From Priapulus caudatus (taxonomy: Eukaryota), in NCBI RefSeq assembly GCF_000485595.1, contig NW_014577082.1, positions 800,477 to 863,376 of the forward strand: DNA of 62,900 nucleotides, given 5' to 3'. Numbering within the stretch: the first letter of the stretch is position 1; the number at the start of each line of letters is the position of its first letter. Shown one piece after another: positions 61,222-62,900 of this stretch. Made by a program: the position numbers and the translations under genes. The notes below the pieces were generated by a model. It worked only from the letters and a program-made list of their open reading frames with translations, searched no databases and was not told where the DNA came from.

Positions 61222-62900
61222 TTATACGCTCCTGATGATATCTATGGAAGCGATGCTCTGCTATGCGCCGAGTGGTGGCGCTAGTAGGCGATTCGTGCTT
61301 CGGAGATTTGGCGGTGACTCCCGATTGTTACCGAAGTTTTCGATCGCACCTGGTGCCGAAATACACGATTGGATGTTTGCACAATGAAGCGTACAGTTTC
61401 AAAATCGAGAATTGTCAACATCATCAAATCCAAACAATCAAGCGCCAGATTAGGCGAAGTGGTACATACGGCGGTAAGACTATAAGTGTATAAGTCAACT
61501 TCAGTGTAGTTAACGCTTAAAAATATTATGCTATGATGCGGGAACCCTTCCGTCTGTTCCTGATGTGATCATGTGGTAGTGGTACAGCCTTTCATATTCC
61601 GCAAATGCAGACGTTATAACTCCGCTTTGGTAATGTGAGGGTGCGGGTTTATTGTCTGCAGTCACCCTTGTAAAAATTGTTCCATTTTTTGTTGTGGGCA
61701 TTGGATAGGTGAATCGAGTAGCACTGAGGGCGTGACGGGGTTATATCCGACCCAAAATATCAAGTACAGACCTTCTGTTTGTCAATATCGCTTTCCGAAG
61801 ACTTTATCTCCGTTTCAGAACTTTGTTTTCATGCAATAATTTATCGTAGTCAGAGTAACTTCGATACTTTTGGACATATTGGACAGATTTTTCGATCGAC
61901 CAATGAAATTCACTTCCGGTAGCCTCGGGTTCACTCGGAAATAATAATTCGATGGCGCAGACTACCTACGATGTTTCCTGTTAAACATCGGGAATAGCCG
62001 AAGTAACCGGAAGTGATTTTCATTGGTTGACAAATGTGAATGAAGACAGAACATTTTCTTTGGATGTTTATATTTACCATTACGTTAACAACTTGATATA
62101 TTGTTATGTTGTGGCCGCTACCAGGTCATCATAGCGTGCATGCACGTAGATAAATGATTCAGGTTCAGATTAAAGTAAGTTCCACGCAATAGGATTGTAT
62201 ATATCGGGCGCATATATTACTTATAAGTGCCACCTCCAAACTGGAGGTGGCTTTCCGTGATTGAGATAGACGCGGCCGCAGACCCCATTACTGTGGTCTG
62301 CGTCGGCTCGGACTAAGCCTTTCACTGCAAGTGCAACGTATACAACTCGTGTTCAAGTCACAAACAACACACTGTTACACAGGGATATTGGTTCCTAGGC
62401 CTAAAAACAGATCCTTACTTATGAGTGCTCTGAGTGAAGCATGCAGACAGATTTTCGTTTAAGTTTTGTTTTGGTTAAACATGTAAAACTCACTAGAACT
62501 TCTAGTAGAAGTGTTTACACATTCCGACCGCAATTACCACCAGTCTACACATAGATGCCTAGAGATACAATAATGTAACCCAAACACAGTATAGGGTTAC
62601 AACGCGAGCGTATCCTTTTGTGTGGAGGAGCCCCTGAGTGAATCACTCAGGGCGGTTTGCTGTAGATACAATAATGTAACCCAAACCCAGGATAGGGTTA
62701 CAACGCGTCCCTATGGTTTTCAGTGGAGGAACCCCTGAGTGAATCACTCAGGGCGGTTTGCTGTAGATACAATAATGTAACCCAAACCCAGGATAGGGTT
62801 ACAACGCGTCGCTATGGTTTTCTGTGGAGGAAATTCAGGGAACCCCTGAGTGAATCACTCAGGGCAGTTTGCTGACCAGTGCGTTTTCAGAGACTAGAAC
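61222..62900 (+). repeat. Direct duplication (copy 2) of 58039-59620
   Basis: Near-identical; carries one extra internal unit of the MITE left arm. Confidence 0.9.

Noticed and set aside
60959..61387. 142-aa ORF with CSGEASAGVDR repeats
   Set aside because: Off-frame reading of ING exon 1 plus the 33-bp repeat and a duplicated segment.

Overview
Eukaryotic (invertebrate animal) genomic DNA with spliceosomal introns, GC3-rich exons, AT-rich introns and many microsatellites and non-autonomous DNA transposons. All gene identities come from my recall of family sequences, not from database searches. Genes in order: the 5' part of unc80 (minus; very large 4.5-kb first coding exon; runs off the left edge); twisted gastrulation (plus, head-to-head with unc80); a GARRE1/KIAA0355 homologue (minus, 9 coding exons); RPAP2/Rtr1 (plus, single coding exon); an uncharacterised ~904-aa protein with a C39/papain-like cysteine-peptidase signature (minus, 6 exons, one GC-AG intron); exon 1 of EXOSC4/Rrp41; exon 1 of an ING1/2 gene. 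Best non-genic observations: three unrelated MITE families that all have 9-bp TSDs and carry internal (TTAGGG)n tracts, one nested in its own telomeric tract; a local pile-up of short templated duplications around the unc80/tsg divergent promoter; recurrent tandem duplications anchored on splice sites; Galileo/P-like foldbacks; hAT-like elements with 5-bp TSDs. The stretch from ~49.5 kb to the end looks partly mis-assembled (noisy duplicated copies, N gaps), so conclusions there are provisional.
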